Assembly: GCA_001672075.1 (NCBI GenBank)
Contig: LJOT01000001.1
Coordinates: 1-55,883 of the forward strand
Length of the DNA stretch: 55,883 bases
Reading direction: 5' to 3'
Source of the DNA: Anabaena sp. CRKS33
GTDB taxonomy: Bacteria; Cyanobacteriota; Cyanobacteriia; Cyanobacteriales; Nostocaceae
This document shows, piece by piece, positions 37,966-48,612 of the stretch. Each line of letters begins with the position of its first letter. Position 1 is the first letter of the stretch. Below the pieces are notes generated by a model. It worked only from the letters and a program-made list of their open reading frames with translations. It was not told the DNA's origin and did not search any database. The translations under genes were made by a program, and so were the position numbers.

Positions 37966-38543
37966 AATTTAAATTATTCTCTGCTGAGACAATGATGCAC
38001 AATTTTTTGTTACAGCCATTATTGGTAATAATTGGTAATATATTATATTCCCAAAATTGCAGTTGTGTCAACTATTCTACTCATAATTTACCTGTTTGAG
38101 CAATATTAGATGATAGAAACTAAATTTACGTCTGCTAGTCTAAAAATAGACTTCTTAATCAGAAAAGTAATTATGGTAGTATTTGACAATTTCTGGCAAT
38201 TATTTAATCATATCCAGTGTCAGCTTGATCGTTATTAGGTTGGTTTTGGTGGGTATTTCTCACCCTACCTATGGTTGAAAAATTCAATAGTAATTCCATG
38301 GTTAGTAAAAATAAAAACAATAAACCCTATTTCTCGAAGAAGTAGGATGATAAATTTGTTGATTTTTGTAAATAAATTTATTGACAATTTTGCATATAAT
38401 CAAAATATATCTGCTGAAAGGATTAAAACTGGATTTTTATTTCCTGTTCCCATGACTGAAGATAAACAACCAATGAGAATTTGCGGGTTCGTCTGTTCTA
38501 CTCATAAAAACGACTACTCCCTATTAACTACTCTGGAGAAGAG

Positions 38544-38990
38544 ATGTATTTAGCACATTCATTTATGAGTGATGAAAAACGACAAAAACATCAACAGCCT
38601 TTGGTTTTAGCAGTAGAAGATAATGATGACAGTCTACTGCTAATGAGCTATACCCTAGAATTATTAGGTTGTCGATCTATTTGTCAAAAAGAAGGTTCAA
38701 GAACGCTGTTTATGGCTAAGAAGTATCAGCCTGATTTAATTTTATTGGATATTTTCTTACCGGGTATGAGTGGGTTAGATGTTATTCAATATCTCAAGGG
38801 AGAATTATTAACTTGTCATATTCCTGTAGTTGCTGTAACGGTTTTGACGGGAACTGAAGATAAAAAAACTATTCTCAAAGCTGGTTTTGATGATTACATT
38901 GGTAAACCCTATATGATTGAGGAATTAGAAGCAACTATTCGGCGGTTATTAGGTAGAAAATTTCAGCTATGTTCGGTTTCAAGAATATAG
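38544..38990 (+). CDS. Single-domain response regulator (CheY/DivK-like)
   Basis: VEDND, LLDIFLP, VAVT, YIGKP. Confidence 0.9.
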   Translation: MYLAHSFMSDEKRQKHQQPLVLAVEDNDDSLLLMSYTLELLGCRSICQKEGSRTLFMAKKYQPDLILLDIFLPGMSGLDVIQYLKGELLTCHIPVVAVTVLTGTEDKKTILKAGFDDYIGKPYMIEELEATIRRLLGRKFQLCSVSRI

Positions 38991-38994
38991 CGAG

Positions 38995-39021
38995 GGAATA
39001 GGGAATAGAGAATAGGGAATC
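38995..39021 (+). repeat. STRR heptamer (GGGAATA)n
   Basis: GGGAATAGGGAATAGAGAATAGGGAAT. Confidence 0.7.
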
Positions 39022-39057
39022 AGGTTCAAATTCCTTGTATTTGTTAATTAATAGTAA

Positions 39058-40173
39058 TCAAGTGATTTTGGGTAATCTGACTGTGAATGTGCTACCTTTA
39101 CCAAGTTGTGAAGAAAGTTCTATTTTACCTCCATGGGCTTCGACAATACATTGTGAAAGATGCAGTCCTAAACCACTACCTGATCTTTTATTCCTTCCCT
39201 GGCGAAATCGCTCAAAAATTGTTTCTTGATCTTCGGCTGCAATACCATAACCTGTATCTTGAACTTCGATGATTATTTGACTGAGATGATTGGTTGGGGA
39301 TAAGGTTTGAAAAATGCGGACTTCTATGCTACCTGTATCGGTAAATTTGATAGCATTAGCAATGAGATTATTGAATACTCTTCTTAATTCTAAGCGATCG
39401 CCGTTAACAATTCCCTGATTATTTCCTGTTTGGTTTAATTCATGGGTATCTAATTTTAAAATTAAGTTTTTCTCAACTGCTAAGGGACTGAGTTCACCCA
39501 CTACTTCAGTAGCTATTTGTGTTAAGTCGCATGATTCATAGTTTAAGCTTTTTTTCCCAGCTTCAAAACGGTAAACTTCTAAGAGAGTATTCACCATTTC
39601 TAGGAGATTTTGATTGCTACGAATCATCATATTAATCGCTTGTTTCATTTCTGGAGAAATCGCACAAAAGACTTCTTGCAAAAAGAAATGTAGCATTCTA
39701 TCAGCAGCTACTAAAGGAGTGCGTAAATCATGGGTAAGACGAGAAACAAAATCTTCTCGCTGTAGTGTCATTTTTCGCTGTTCGTCAATACTGTGTTTTA
39801 ATCTTAGCAGCGATCGCACCCTTGCTAATAATTCTTCTGTGTCAAAGGGTTTGCGAATAAAATCGTCAGCACCAGCATCTAAACCTTCCACAACGCTAGA
39901 TTCGTCAAAAGCTGTTAATAGTAAAATTGGAATATAGTTTATTTCTGGATTATTACGGATTCTTCGCGTCACTTCATAGCCATTTATTCCTGGCATCATT
40001 ACATCTAAAATAATTAGATCTGGTGGAAATTCTACCACGTTTTTTAAAGCTGCTTCACCATTAGCAACTGAATCAATATCATATCCCTCATACTCTAAAA
40101 TTGCTTCCACTAAAATCAGATTATCTTTAGTATCATCAACGGACAAAATTCGATCTTTCTTGAGAATAGTCAT
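39058..40173 (-). CDS. Hybrid sensor kinase (REC-HisKA-HATPase)
   Basis: LDVMMP receiver; THDLRTPL H-box; NLIANAIKF, DTGYG, GSGLGL. Confidence 0.93.
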   Translation of the reverse strand: MTILKKDRILSVDDTKDNLILVEAILEYEGYDIDSVANGEAALKNVVEFPPDLIILDVMMPGINGYEVTRRIRNNPEINYIPILLLTAFDESSVVEGLDAGADDFIRKPFDTEELLARVRSLLRLKHSIDEQRKMTLQREDFVSRLTHDLRTPLVAADRMLHFFLQEVFCAISPEMKQAINMMIRSNQNLLEMVNTLLEVYRFEAGKKSLNYESCDLTQIATEVVGELSPLAVEKNLILKLDTHELNQTGNNQGIVNGDRLELRRVFNNLIANAIKFTDTGSIEVRIFQTLSPTNHLSQIIIEVQDTGYGIAAEDQETIFERFRQGRNKRSGSGLGLHLSQCIVEAHGGKIELSSQLGKGSTFTVRLPKIT

Positions 40174-40195
40174 AATTAATCAACCTTTTAATCAT

Positions 40196-41503
40196 CTACA
40201 ATTTAAAATTGGGAGAATTTATTGATGCTTTCCTACGGGAATATATCGAATGAAAATGATGCTGATGAGTACGAGAAACTATATTACCTAAATCGGCTAT
40301 CAAATTTATTTTCCGTGGTAATTCTATTTTAAACATTGAACCGACTCCTAATTTACTTTCGATATATATTTTTCCTCCCATCATACGTACTAATGAATCA
40401 ACAATAGCTAAACCCAATCCTGCACCAGAATATTTACGGCTAATCCCTTGATCAACTTGATGAAATGCTGCAAAAATATTTTGAAAATCTTGAGTAGCAA
40501 TACCAATTCCTGTATCTTCTACAGCAATTGTAACTCTATTTTGGTGTAGTTCTTTAATTTCTACGAAAATATTTCCAGATTCTGTAAACTTAATGGCATT
40601 AGAAAGCAAATTAATTAAAATTTGCCTTAATCTTACTGCATCATTAAATACTAATTTATTGTTTAGATCTCCTTTGACTAGCAAAGATAAATTCTTGGCT
40701 TCAGCTAAAGAACGGATTTCTTTCACCGTATTACTAACAACTTCTGATAAATCGAATATTTCTGGCTTGAGTTCTAATTTACCGGCTTCTATGTGGGAAA
40801 AGTCGAGGATTTCATCGAACAACATTAGTAATTTTTTACCATTATTGAGGATTCGTTCTACCATGTCCATTTGCTGATTTGTTAAATTACCAAATTTGGG
40901 ACGTAATAGAATCTGGGAAAATCCAATAATCGCATTCATTGGGGTTCGCAATTCATGGGATATCGTGGCTAAAAAGAATGATTTTAACTTTGATATTTCC
41001 AAAAGTGCGAGTTTTTGTCGCTGAATCTGCTGCTGCTTTACCGCTAATTCGTTACCCTTGATAATTAGCTGTTCACGACTTTCTTTAAGTTGTTGATTTG
41101 CTAACTCTAACTGCATTTGGGTGCGGTGGATACGAATTGCACTTCTTAAAATTTGGGCTATGGTTTGTGAAGATAATGTAGACTTGATAAAATACTCACT
41201 AGCACCTGCTTTGATACACTCTCCAGCTATTGCTTCATTTCCTGAATTTATCAAAATCACTAAAGGAACTTTGATGGCTGAAGAATTTATTTTGTGAATT
41301 AATGTTAAGCAATCTTGATTTCGTAAATGATAGTCGAGAAATATGCAATCATAGTGATTATTGATCAAAGCCGAGAGCGCGTGATAACTATCTTTGACTT
41401 CATCAAGTTCTATACTAATTCCTGTTTCCCTCAGAGCCAGATTTAATAGCACACGCTCTACTTCATTTTCTTCTACAACTAAAATTTTTAGCGTTTCTTC
41501 CAT
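40196..41503 (-). CDS. Hybrid sensor kinase with atypical N-terminal receiver
   Basis: SHELRTPM, NLLSNAIKF, DTGIG, GAGLGL; receiver reads VEENE / FLDY / LIN. Confidence 0.92.
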   Translation of the reverse strand: MEETLKILVVEENEVERVLLNLALRETGISIELDEVKDSYHALSALINNHYDCIFLDYHLRNQDCLTLIHKINSSAIKVPLVILINSGNEAIAGECIKAGASEYFIKSTLSSQTIAQILRSAIRIHRTQMQLELANQQLKESREQLIIKGNELAVKQQQIQRQKLALLEISKLKSFFLATISHELRTPMNAIIGFSQILLRPKFGNLTNQQMDMVERILNNGKKLLMLFDEILDFSHIEAGKLELKPEIFDLSEVVSNTVKEIRSLAEAKNLSLLVKGDLNNKLVFNDAVRLRQILINLLSNAIKFTESGNIFVEIKELHQNRVTIAVEDTGIGIATQDFQNIFAAFHQVDQGISRKYSGAGLGLAIVDSLVRMMGGKIYIESKLGVGSMFKIELPRKINLIADLGNIVSRTHQHHFHSIYSRRKASINSPNFKL

Positions 41504-41922
41504 CGGTTTTTATTTTCACTGTAGTAAAATCAAATACTTTATCTAGTTGAAAACATTGTAAATTAACAATTAGTTAACTGTCTTCACCCATTAGTGAGAA
41601 TTGTATGGAAACATTGTGTACCAGAAGCCTCAATAATATTACTTAAATAAGTAATATATCTCAATAAAAATCACTCCCTTAATTTGTATAGATTTTGATA
41701 GCACCTAGGTTAAAAGTCTTTGCAAATCTAAGTTTTATTTATCCTTGGCGGAAACCGCTCAGGCCAGGAAAAGCCATAGCCCATAGTTTTCCCGTATACA
41801 CTGTATTAACCCCCTATCGATAAAATCCTATATTTAGTCAATTGCAAATTTAGCAATCATCCTTAAACTGTAATTTTTCGGATTTGTCTCAATAATTTCA
41901 TTTGTTTTAGGATAAATATCTA

Positions 41923-42135
41923 TATATCTTTAGCTAGATTTTTACATCTCTTGAACTGCAAATATTGGCAATTTATTACTCCTCTAGATAGATGTTAACC
42001 GGGAATAAGAACATCTATACTATACTGGGGTAACTTAATTATCCATATTAACTAATATTAACTGCAAAAATCAGCCATTTATTATTTCTACTGGTAGATG
42101 TTCATTGGTAACAGAATCATCTATCCTAAGTCTGG
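41923..42135. promoter_or_regulatory. Cluster of ATCTA(T/C/G)C-N4-G boxes upstream of the NarL-type regulator
   Basis: CTTTAGCTAGAT (41928), CTCTAGATAGAT (41982), CTACTGGTAGAT (42088) and ATCTATCCTAAG (42119, opposite orientation). Confidence 0.5.
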
Positions 42136-42256
42136 GTGACTAAGATAAGTTAGATAAAATTTTGATCTGAGAAATAGTTTTGATTAGTGTTTCTGTGCAA
42201 AAATAGTTACTTAATACAAAGGTTCAAAATCTCAGGAAACAAGCTTTTACCTTCCA

Positions 42257-42312
<56 letters not shown>

Positions 42313-42351
42313 GTGCTACAGAGAAGCAATCCGATTATCATGGGTGTAACA

Positions 42352-43074
42352 ATGAATGAAATTAGTATTCTATTAATTGAAGATCATGATTTAACCCGTA
42401 TGGGACTCAGAACTGAATTGCAGTCACATAGCGGCTTTAAAGTGATTGGTGAGGCGGCTAATGCGACTGTTGGATTAAAACTTTTAGAAACGATGAAACC
42501 AGATGTGGCTGTGATAGATATTGGTTTACCTGATATGGACGGAATTGAACTGACACGCAAATTTAGACGTTATCAGGCTGAAACAGGACAATTACAGACA
42601 AAAGTTCTGATCTTGACCATGGATAATACAGAAGATGCTGTCTTAGCGGCTTTCGCAGCAGGAGCAGATTCTTATTATATGAAGGAAACAAGTATTAATA
42701 AATTTACTGAAGCGGTACAAGTCACTTTCCGTGGTAACTCTTGGATTGACCCGGCGATCGCTAATGTGGTATTAAGAAAAGTACGTCAGGGTAGCTCTGG
42801 TGACAATCAATCATCCGATAAGCCGAAAACTGTCAAAATTGAGGCTTTAGAAACAGAATATGAACAAGTTTTAGAAACCTACCCCCTCACCCAACGGGAA
42901 CTGGAAATTTTAGAATTGATTGTGGGTGGTTGCAGTAATGGACAAATTGCAGAAAAATTATATATTACCGTAGGAACGGTAAAAACTCATGTTCGCAATA
43001 TTTTAAACAAACTCTGTGCTGATGATCGTACCCAAGCAGCAGTTCGGGCTTTACGTTCTGGCTTAGTAGCTTAA
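42352..43074 (+). CDS. NarL/FixJ-family response regulator (REC + LuxR HTH)
   Basis: IEDHDL, IDIGLP, LTQRELEIL, TVKTHV; ATG at 42352. Confidence 0.93.
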   Translation: MNEISILLIEDHDLTRMGLRTELQSHSGFKVIGEAANATVGLKLLETMKPDVAVIDIGLPDMDGIELTRKFRRYQAETGQLQTKVLILTMDNTEDAVLAAFAAGADSYYMKETSINKFTEAVQVTFRGNSWIDPAIANVVLRKVRQGSSGDNQSSDKPKTVKIEALETEYEQVLETYPLTQRELEILELIVGGCSNGQIAEKLYITVGTVKTHVRNILNKLCADDRTQAAVRALRSGLVA

Positions 43075-43088
43075 TCAGTCAGTAGTTA

Positions 43089-44447
43089 TTACAGTTTCAA
43101 ACCCATTACCAATCTTTCCTGTAAACATTCTGCAATCCTTTGTGCAGCGCCGGCAACTCCCATACGCTGTAACCCGTTTTTAGCAATGTCATGCAAAAGA
43201 TCAGGATTTTTCAGTAAAGACTGAATGGCTGGTAACACCTGTGATGGTTGATTGACTAAAATTAAGGATATTCCTAACAGCCGACTTTGGGCTTCTGCAA
43301 AAGCGGCGTTATATTGGGGACCACCACCAGGAATAGCAATCGCCGGTTTTCCTAAACCAATGAATTGTTCCGTTGCAGTCCCCGCCATAGCGATGGCCAA
43401 ATCACCCAAATGTAAACACTCATTATAGGCTGCTTGTGTCAAAATCAAATAAGCATTTTTTTGTTTAAAAGTCAAGCTGTCCGGGTCAGGAATTTGTAAA
43501 GGAGATTGATCACAAAGTCGCCAACCTTGAATATGTAAACTTTGAGATAAAATACCACAATCTAAACCAGGAGCGATCGCCCCCAAAAAAATCATTGTCC
43601 CAGCGCCAGAGAATAAAGAATCTGGTTGTTGTAAACTGGCAACCAATGCAGATACAGAAACCATGATTATTTCCCAATTATTATAAGCTTCCGGGGCGCG
43701 AGAACCGGGCAACAGAGTGACAATCAAAGGACGAATTTGTTCTTTGTGTTCAGCATTACCACGATCAAACCCTGGGCTGCTAAAATTGAAATTGGTCTTT
43801 AACCCATCCATCATCGGATTTCCTGCATCTACAGCCGGAATTGACCACTTTTTTAAGATCTTCGTCGTTAGAGAATCTCTAGGAAACACAGCCTGACAAC
43901 GGCTGCGACTCATTAACCACCTTTCCCAAGGATGGTAAATTGAACCAGAAAAATTTTCCCACTTTGCGGATTTTGATTTTCGTGGTAATAAACCCGCTTG
44001 ATCACGCACATAATATTCTGATTTAGCCGTACCCACAAAAGCGTAATTAGCACCACTTGTAGCTGCGAATAACAGGGGGACAATATCCCCCACAGCTAAA
44101 ATAGCATTTTGATTCCCTAAGCTTGTTTGTAGCTTCACCCAACGGCGTACAGATTTGATTTGATTCCAGGTTAACTGGATCAAACCACCGCTAACATCAC
44201 GCATTAGCTCTTTGCTATCCATGTAAACAAAACCACCAGAGGGCATATTTTGTACCTTACCGATTATGGGTACGTTGATTTTTTGATAAGCGTGTCCTTC
44301 ACCCACTATTGGTAAAACAAAAATATCTGGTGGGGAAGATAATGTTTGTAAAGCCTGGATAATCCGTACAGCAATGATATCTTCTCCATGACCATTGCTT
44401 AAAACTAATAATTGCAAACGAGAATTGGCCATTGACTTGAAAAACAC
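43089..44447 (-). CDS. Lipid-A-disaccharide synthase-related protein (GT-B fold, TIGR03492-like)
   Basis: LSNGHGED, GNPMMD, LLPGSR, MAGTATEQ, GPQY. Confidence 0.85.
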   Translation of the reverse strand: MFFKSMANSRLQLLVLSNGHGEDIIAVRIIQALQTLSSPPDIFVLPIVGEGHAYQKINVPIIGKVQNMPSGGFVYMDSKELMRDVSGGLIQLTWNQIKSVRRWVKLQTSLGNQNAILAVGDIVPLLFAATSGANYAFVGTAKSEYYVRDQAGLLPRKSKSAKWENFSGSIYHPWERWLMSRSRCQAVFPRDSLTTKILKKWSIPAVDAGNPMMDGLKTNFNFSSPGFDRGNAEHKEQIRPLIVTLLPGSRAPEAYNNWEIIMVSVSALVASLQQPDSLFSGAGTMIFLGAIAPGLDCGILSQSLHIQGWRLCDQSPLQIPDPDSLTFKQKNAYLILTQAAYNECLHLGDLAIAMAGTATEQFIGLGKPAIAIPGGGPQYNAAFAEAQSRLLGISLILVNQPSQVLPAIQSLLKNPDLLHDIAKNGLQRMGVAGAAQRIAECLQERLVMGLKL

Positions 44448-44473
44448 CCTCTAATATTAATTTAGAATATTAA

Positions 44474-45307
44474 TTAACCCTTAACACCACTAGCAGTATC
44501 CGTAGGGACAATGTATTTCTGTAAAAACAGAAATAATACTAACACTGGAGTCATAGAAATTACTGAACCAGCAGCCACCAAACGCCAGTCTAAAGAAAAA
44601 GTCCCCGCTAACTTAGCAACTCCCAGGGGTAAAGTGTATAAACTTTCATCCTGAATCACAATTAAAGGCCATAAAAAGTCACTCCAAGCCCCAATAAAGA
44701 CAAAAATAGCCAGAGTAATTAGCGCCGGACGGATAGCGGGTAGCATTACATACCACCATAATCCTAACTCAGAAGTACCATCCAAACGAGCAGCTTCTTC
44801 AATTTCCTTCGGTACAGTTATCAGGGCTTGACGTAATAAAAATATACCAAAAGCAGAGGCTAAACTAGGGAAAATTACCCCTAGATAACTATTTCTCAAA
44901 CCTAATTGCACCGTCAGAATATATAAAGGAATCATGACGATTTGGAAGGGAATCATAATTGTGGCCACAATAGCAATGAAAATTCCGTTTCTGCCCACAA
45001 ATGATAGTCTAGCTAAGGGATAAGCTGCTAAGGAACAAAACAACAAATTTAAACCGACAGTTAATACTGATACTAGGATACTATTATATAAATAAGTGGC
45101 AAAAGGTAGAGATTGCCAGACTTGAGAGAAATTTTCTAAGGTAGGTTGACTAGGTAATAATTCGGGTGGTGATTGCCAAATATTTTCCGTTGGTGACTTC
45201 AGTGATGTGCTAATTAGCCATAACATGGGAAACAGCATGACTAAAGCGATCGCTCCTAGTATGGCATAAATAACTAAAGTTTGCAGTCGGGAGTTTTTTA
45301 AATTCAT
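44474..45307 (-). CDS. Carbohydrate ABC transporter permease (MalG-like)
   Basis: EAA loop EIEEAARLDG, WSDFLWP; 6 TM helices. Confidence 0.92.
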   Translation of the reverse strand: MNLKNSRLQTLVIYAILGAIALVMLFPMLWLISTSLKSPTENIWQSPPELLPSQPTLENFSQVWQSLPFATYLYNSILVSVLTVGLNLLFCSLAAYPLARLSFVGRNGIFIAIVATIMIPFQIVMIPLYILTVQLGLRNSYLGVIFPSLASAFGIFLLRQALITVPKEIEEAARLDGTSELGLWWYVMLPAIRPALITLAIFVFIGAWSDFLWPLIVIQDESLYTLPLGVAKLAGTFSLDWRLVAAGSVISMTPVLVLFLFLQKYIVPTDTASGVKG

Positions 45308-45533
45308 TATTTTACCGAGATGTATTAAGTATCAATTTTTTGATTATAATTGATGAACTAAAAAATAGACCTGATTCTATAATTAATAATTATACACAGG
45401 AATTTGATCTAAAGTTACAAAAAACAAAAAACAAAAAAAGATTCCCAACTGGTTAAAAGATCCGGTACTTCTTTAATAATTCCAGGATCTAAGATATGAT
45501 GAAATCGAAATTTTCAAAAAAAGTAATATTTTC

Positions 45534-46370
45534 ATGAAACTAATTCTGAAAATAGCAGCATTTGTTACTATAATTATTTGTGTCAGTGTTACCTTAGTCT
45601 TTGCTCACAAAATTTCCCAAAGTCAGTTAACATCAAATCCTGAGACTGTCAAAGAATGCGTAAGTGAATTTAATAGAAATTGTCAGCAGCCCAAAATAGC
45701 TGTAAATGTGCCATTTATTCCTGATCAGAAATTGGATGATCAACAGCGGTTTTTAACAACAATTGCCAATAAAATTCCCACAGTTCATGAGATTGATACA
45801 TTTGAATATACCTTACTACGTTCCTATGGAACAGTATTTATTAATCAAGAATCAGGAATTAAATTACCAGAAAAAGTAATTTTAGATGATGAAATAGAAA
45901 CCCAATCTTTTCAGGATAAAATCAGTATAGTCCTAGTAAATGGGACAGAAGAATGTTATTTACAAAAACCAGCAGCAGCAGCTTTAAATAAAGCCAAAGA
46001 GTTAGAAGATATTCCTCTAAAATCTGGTTATGCTGGGGATTGTTTGCGGAATTTTGCCACTAATTTAAGATTTTGGAATAAATACGCGAATAAAGAAACA
46101 TTAACCCAAGTAAAAGCTGGAAAAGAGACAAAAATTCTTGGTTTAGTTGCACCTCCGGGGACATCACAACATTTGTGGGGATTAGCAATTGATTTACAAA
46201 TATTAACACCAGATCAAAAACAGATTTTAAATGAAAATGGCTGGTTTCAAACAGTAGTTAATGATCTTCCCCATTGGACATATTTAGGTTGGAGAGAGGA
46301 GGACTTACCGAAATTCGGATTACAACCAAAAATCATCCAAGGAATTAAATATTGGACTACACCAATTTAA
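45534..46370 (+). CDS. Exported D-alanyl-D-alanine carboxypeptidase (VanY/M15B-like)
   Basis: Signal/anchor sequence; VAPPGTSQHLWGLAID and DLPHW zinc motifs. Confidence 0.85.
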   Translation: MKLILKIAAFVTIIICVSVTLVFAHKISQSQLTSNPETVKECVSEFNRNCQQPKIAVNVPFIPDQKLDDQQRFLTTIANKIPTVHEIDTFEYTLLRSYGTVFINQESGIKLPEKVILDDEIETQSFQDKISIVLVNGTEECYLQKPAAAALNKAKELEDIPLKSGYAGDCLRNFATNLRFWNKYANKETLTQVKAGKETKILGLVAPPGTSQHLWGLAIDLQILTPDQKQILNENGWFQTVVNDLPHWTYLGWREEDLPKFGLQPKIIQGIKYWTTPI

Positions 46371-46426
46371 CTAATTTGTAATTTGCTGATAAAATAGATA
46401 TATATTTGAGATTTGGAGCTTTAACA

Positions 46427-46999
46427 ATGAGTTTATTTGATGATTTAAGTCGCTTTTTAGAAAGTCGTCTAGAAGAATTTTTGCGGAATAACCCTCATTT
46501 AGAATTAGAAGCACTTTTAGAACAACTGCGGGAACAGGAAGAAGACACATTAAAGTTAATTTCTGAGTTACAATTACAAGAGAAGCGATCGCAAGATGAA
46601 ATTCTTTCCACAGCTCAAGAAATTCAAAAATGGCATATCCGTATTCAAAAAGCCCAAGCTGCGGGTAGACAAGATCTAATCACTCCAGCCCAACAGCGAG
46701 AAGCAGCACTATTGCGGGAAGGAAATCAAATGTGGGGACATATGCAAGGCTTAAAAGAACGCATTAACCAGTCCCAAGAACTACTTGGGAAAATTCAAAA
46801 ACGTCGCCAAGAGGTACAAACTAAAGCAGCAGAAATGCAAACAGCCAGAACCAAAGCACAAACCCAGCAAAAATTAGAAAATTATGGTTGGAATACTGCT
46901 AGTAATTCTCAAAGTAATTTTGATGAATTAGAAGATAAATTTCGCCGTTGGGAAACCGAGGATGAATTAGAAAAACTCAAACGCAAAATGGGGAAATGA
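46427..46999 (+). CDS. TIGR04376-type coiled-coil protein (PspA/Vipp1-related)
   Basis: MSLFDDLSRFLESRLEEFLRNNPHLEL; C-terminal LEDKFRRWETEDELEKLK. Confidence 0.8.
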   Translation: MSLFDDLSRFLESRLEEFLRNNPHLELEALLEQLREQEEDTLKLISELQLQEKRSQDEILSTAQEIQKWHIRIQKAQAAGRQDLITPAQQREAALLREGNQMWGHMQGLKERINQSQELLGKIQKRRQEVQTKAAEMQTARTKAQTQQKLENYGWNTASNSQSNFDELEDKFRRWETEDELEKLKRKMGK

Positions 47000-47035
47000 G
47001 GTAAAGAAGAAAACAATATTATCTGTTAACTGCAC

Positions 47036-47347
47036 TTATACACCCATATTCTTTTTGTAGCGTTTAGCCGCAATCCGTAACTTTTCGCTGGGTTATGGTG
47101 AAGTAAGCAGTGCTTCTACAAAAATTTCTTGGTCTTTTCTGCTTAAAACCATGATTTCATGTTCCTGAATAATCTGGTTTGCAGCACTGACAAGACTGCT
47201 AACTACAAAATCTGTAAGTGTTCGCCCTTGAATATCAGCCGCAGGTTGTAACAGTTCCTTATTCTGTGGACTGATACGGGCTTCTCATCTTTCTGATTTG
47301 GAACGCAAGGATTTTTTTGGGCAGTTTTTAGCCATTGAGTGAGTCAT
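47036..47347 (-). pseudogene. DUF1778 (TacA-like RHH antitoxin) pseudogene
   Basis: MTHSMAK...KSER*EARISPQNKELLQPAADIQGRTLTDFVV...LSRKDQEIFVEALLTSP*PSEKLRIAAKRY; in-frame stops at 47285-47287 and 47093-47095. Confidence 0.85.
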
Positions 47348-47442
47348 GATAGCCTCTACACAATAAATGTGATGTGTAAATCTTTAGTGTACGGCAAATG
47401 TCCTAACAAATATAGTCTATCTACTAGTACAAAAAATGTCAA

Positions 47443-47934
47443 CTATCCCCAATCTCCAGACTTTCCACCTGTTTTACTAACTAAATGAATCGCTTCAATT
47501 TGAATCGTTTTTTCTAACGCCTTAGCCATGTCGTATAAAGTTAAAGCAGCAATAGATACCGCTGTTAAAGCCTCCATTTCTACCCCAGTTTCGGCTTTGG
47601 TTTTCACAGTAGCATCAATGTGATAACCAGGTAGTTGGGCATCAGGAATAATCTCAACGGTAATTTTCTGTAAAGGTAAGGGGTGACAGAGAGGAATTAA
47701 ATTAGCTGTTTGTTTAGCGGCCATGATTCCCGCCAACCTAGCCGTTGCTAAAACATCACCTTTAGGGGTGTTTCCGGCTTGAATAGCAGCGAAAGTCTCA
47801 GGTAACATCCGCACCTTACCAGTGGCCACCGCTTGACGAATAGTGGCTGTTTTACCTGATATATCAACCATTTGAGCCTCTCCTTGAGTATCCAAATGGG
47901 TTAACGAAAAAGAATTTGAAAAATGATCTTGCAT
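47443..47934 (-). CDS. moaC: Cyclic pyranopterin monophosphate synthase
   Basis: [38 protein letters not shown]. Confidence 0.96.
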   Translation of the reverse strand: MQDHFSNSFSLTHLDTQGEAQMVDISGKTATIRQAVATGKVRMLPETFAAIQAGNTPKGDVLATARLAGIMAAKQTANLIPLCHPLPLQKITVEIIPDAQLPGYHIDATVKTKAETGVEMEALTAVSIAALTLYDMAKALEKTIQIEAIHLVSKTGGKSGDWG

Positions 47935-47987
47935 AATTGGGAAAGTGTGTGTTATTATAAATTTTGTAAGTCAAAGGTGTAAGTCAA

Positions 47988-48061
47988 GGGTGTGTAGCTC
48001 AGTGGACTAGAGCACGTGGCTACGGACCACGGTGTCGGGGGTTCGAATCCCTCCTCGCCCG
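47988..48061 (+). tRNA. trnR: tRNA-Arg(ACG)
   Basis: Cloverleaf with D arm GCTC/GAGC, anticodon arm CGTGG-CTACGGA-CCACG, T loop GGTTCGAATCC; CCA not encoded. Confidence 0.97.
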
Positions 48062-48073
48062 TTTTATAATTTT

Positions 48074-48112
48074 AAATGCACAAGCCCCATTTTTTGGAGT
48101 TTGTGCATTTTT
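48074..48112 (+). terminator. Intrinsic terminator after the tRNA
   Basis: AAATGCACAAGC...GTTTGTGCATTT followed by TT. Confidence 0.75.
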
Positions 48113-48227
48113 AATGGTCTTGGGTTATGAATTGTTCCGATTGATTAGCAAAGACTCTAGAGTGGTTGATCAAAAAAAAGAGTTTTAGGATTAATCGAAA
48201 AGTATTAGGAGATGTTTAATGATTAAA

Positions 48228-48290
48228 CACAGATAAACGCAGATAAACGCAGATAAAGACCGATGAGTTCAGGGTTTTCAAACCAGACGC
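48228..48290 (+). repeat. Second copy of the 10-bp (CGCAGATAAA)n element
   Basis: CRCAGATAAA x3, then GGTTTTCAAACCAGACGC (compare 8057-8074). Confidence 0.7.
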
Positions 48291-48302
48291 GATTTATCCA
48301 GA

Positions 48303-48509
48303 TTAATCAAGTTTTAAGGCATTAACTGGTACATCGTCCCAAGATTTCACTGTCCGTAATTTGGCAATCCAGCCTGCTGCTGTTTGTACTGCGGTTAAAT
48401 TATTCTTAAATGACTGATGACAATCAAGCGCCTGAGACTCGTTACAACAGGCAATACAGGCATGAATCATCCCAGAAGGATCAATTTGCTCATTTACCCA
48501 AATAGTCAT
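48303..48509 (-). CDS. Small conserved cyanobacterial hypothetical protein
   Basis: 68 aa MTIWVNEQIDPSG...; RBS AAGGGGG upstream. Confidence 0.75.
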   Translation of the reverse strand: MTIWVNEQIDPSGMIHACIACCNESQALDCHQSFKNNLTAVQTAAGWIAKLRTVKSWDDVPVNALKLD

Positions 48510-48612
48510 AGTTTATCCCCCTTAAAAGCGGCGGTTATTTTTTAGATTTCACACATCAAAAGCAAACATCAAAGGTCAGGTAGAATACCGCTAGTAACTA
48601 AGAACTCAGTGA

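Noticed and set aside
38275-38553. 92-aa ORF before the response regulator
   Set aside because: TTG start, AT-rich low-information sequence and no motif; likely promoter or UTR.
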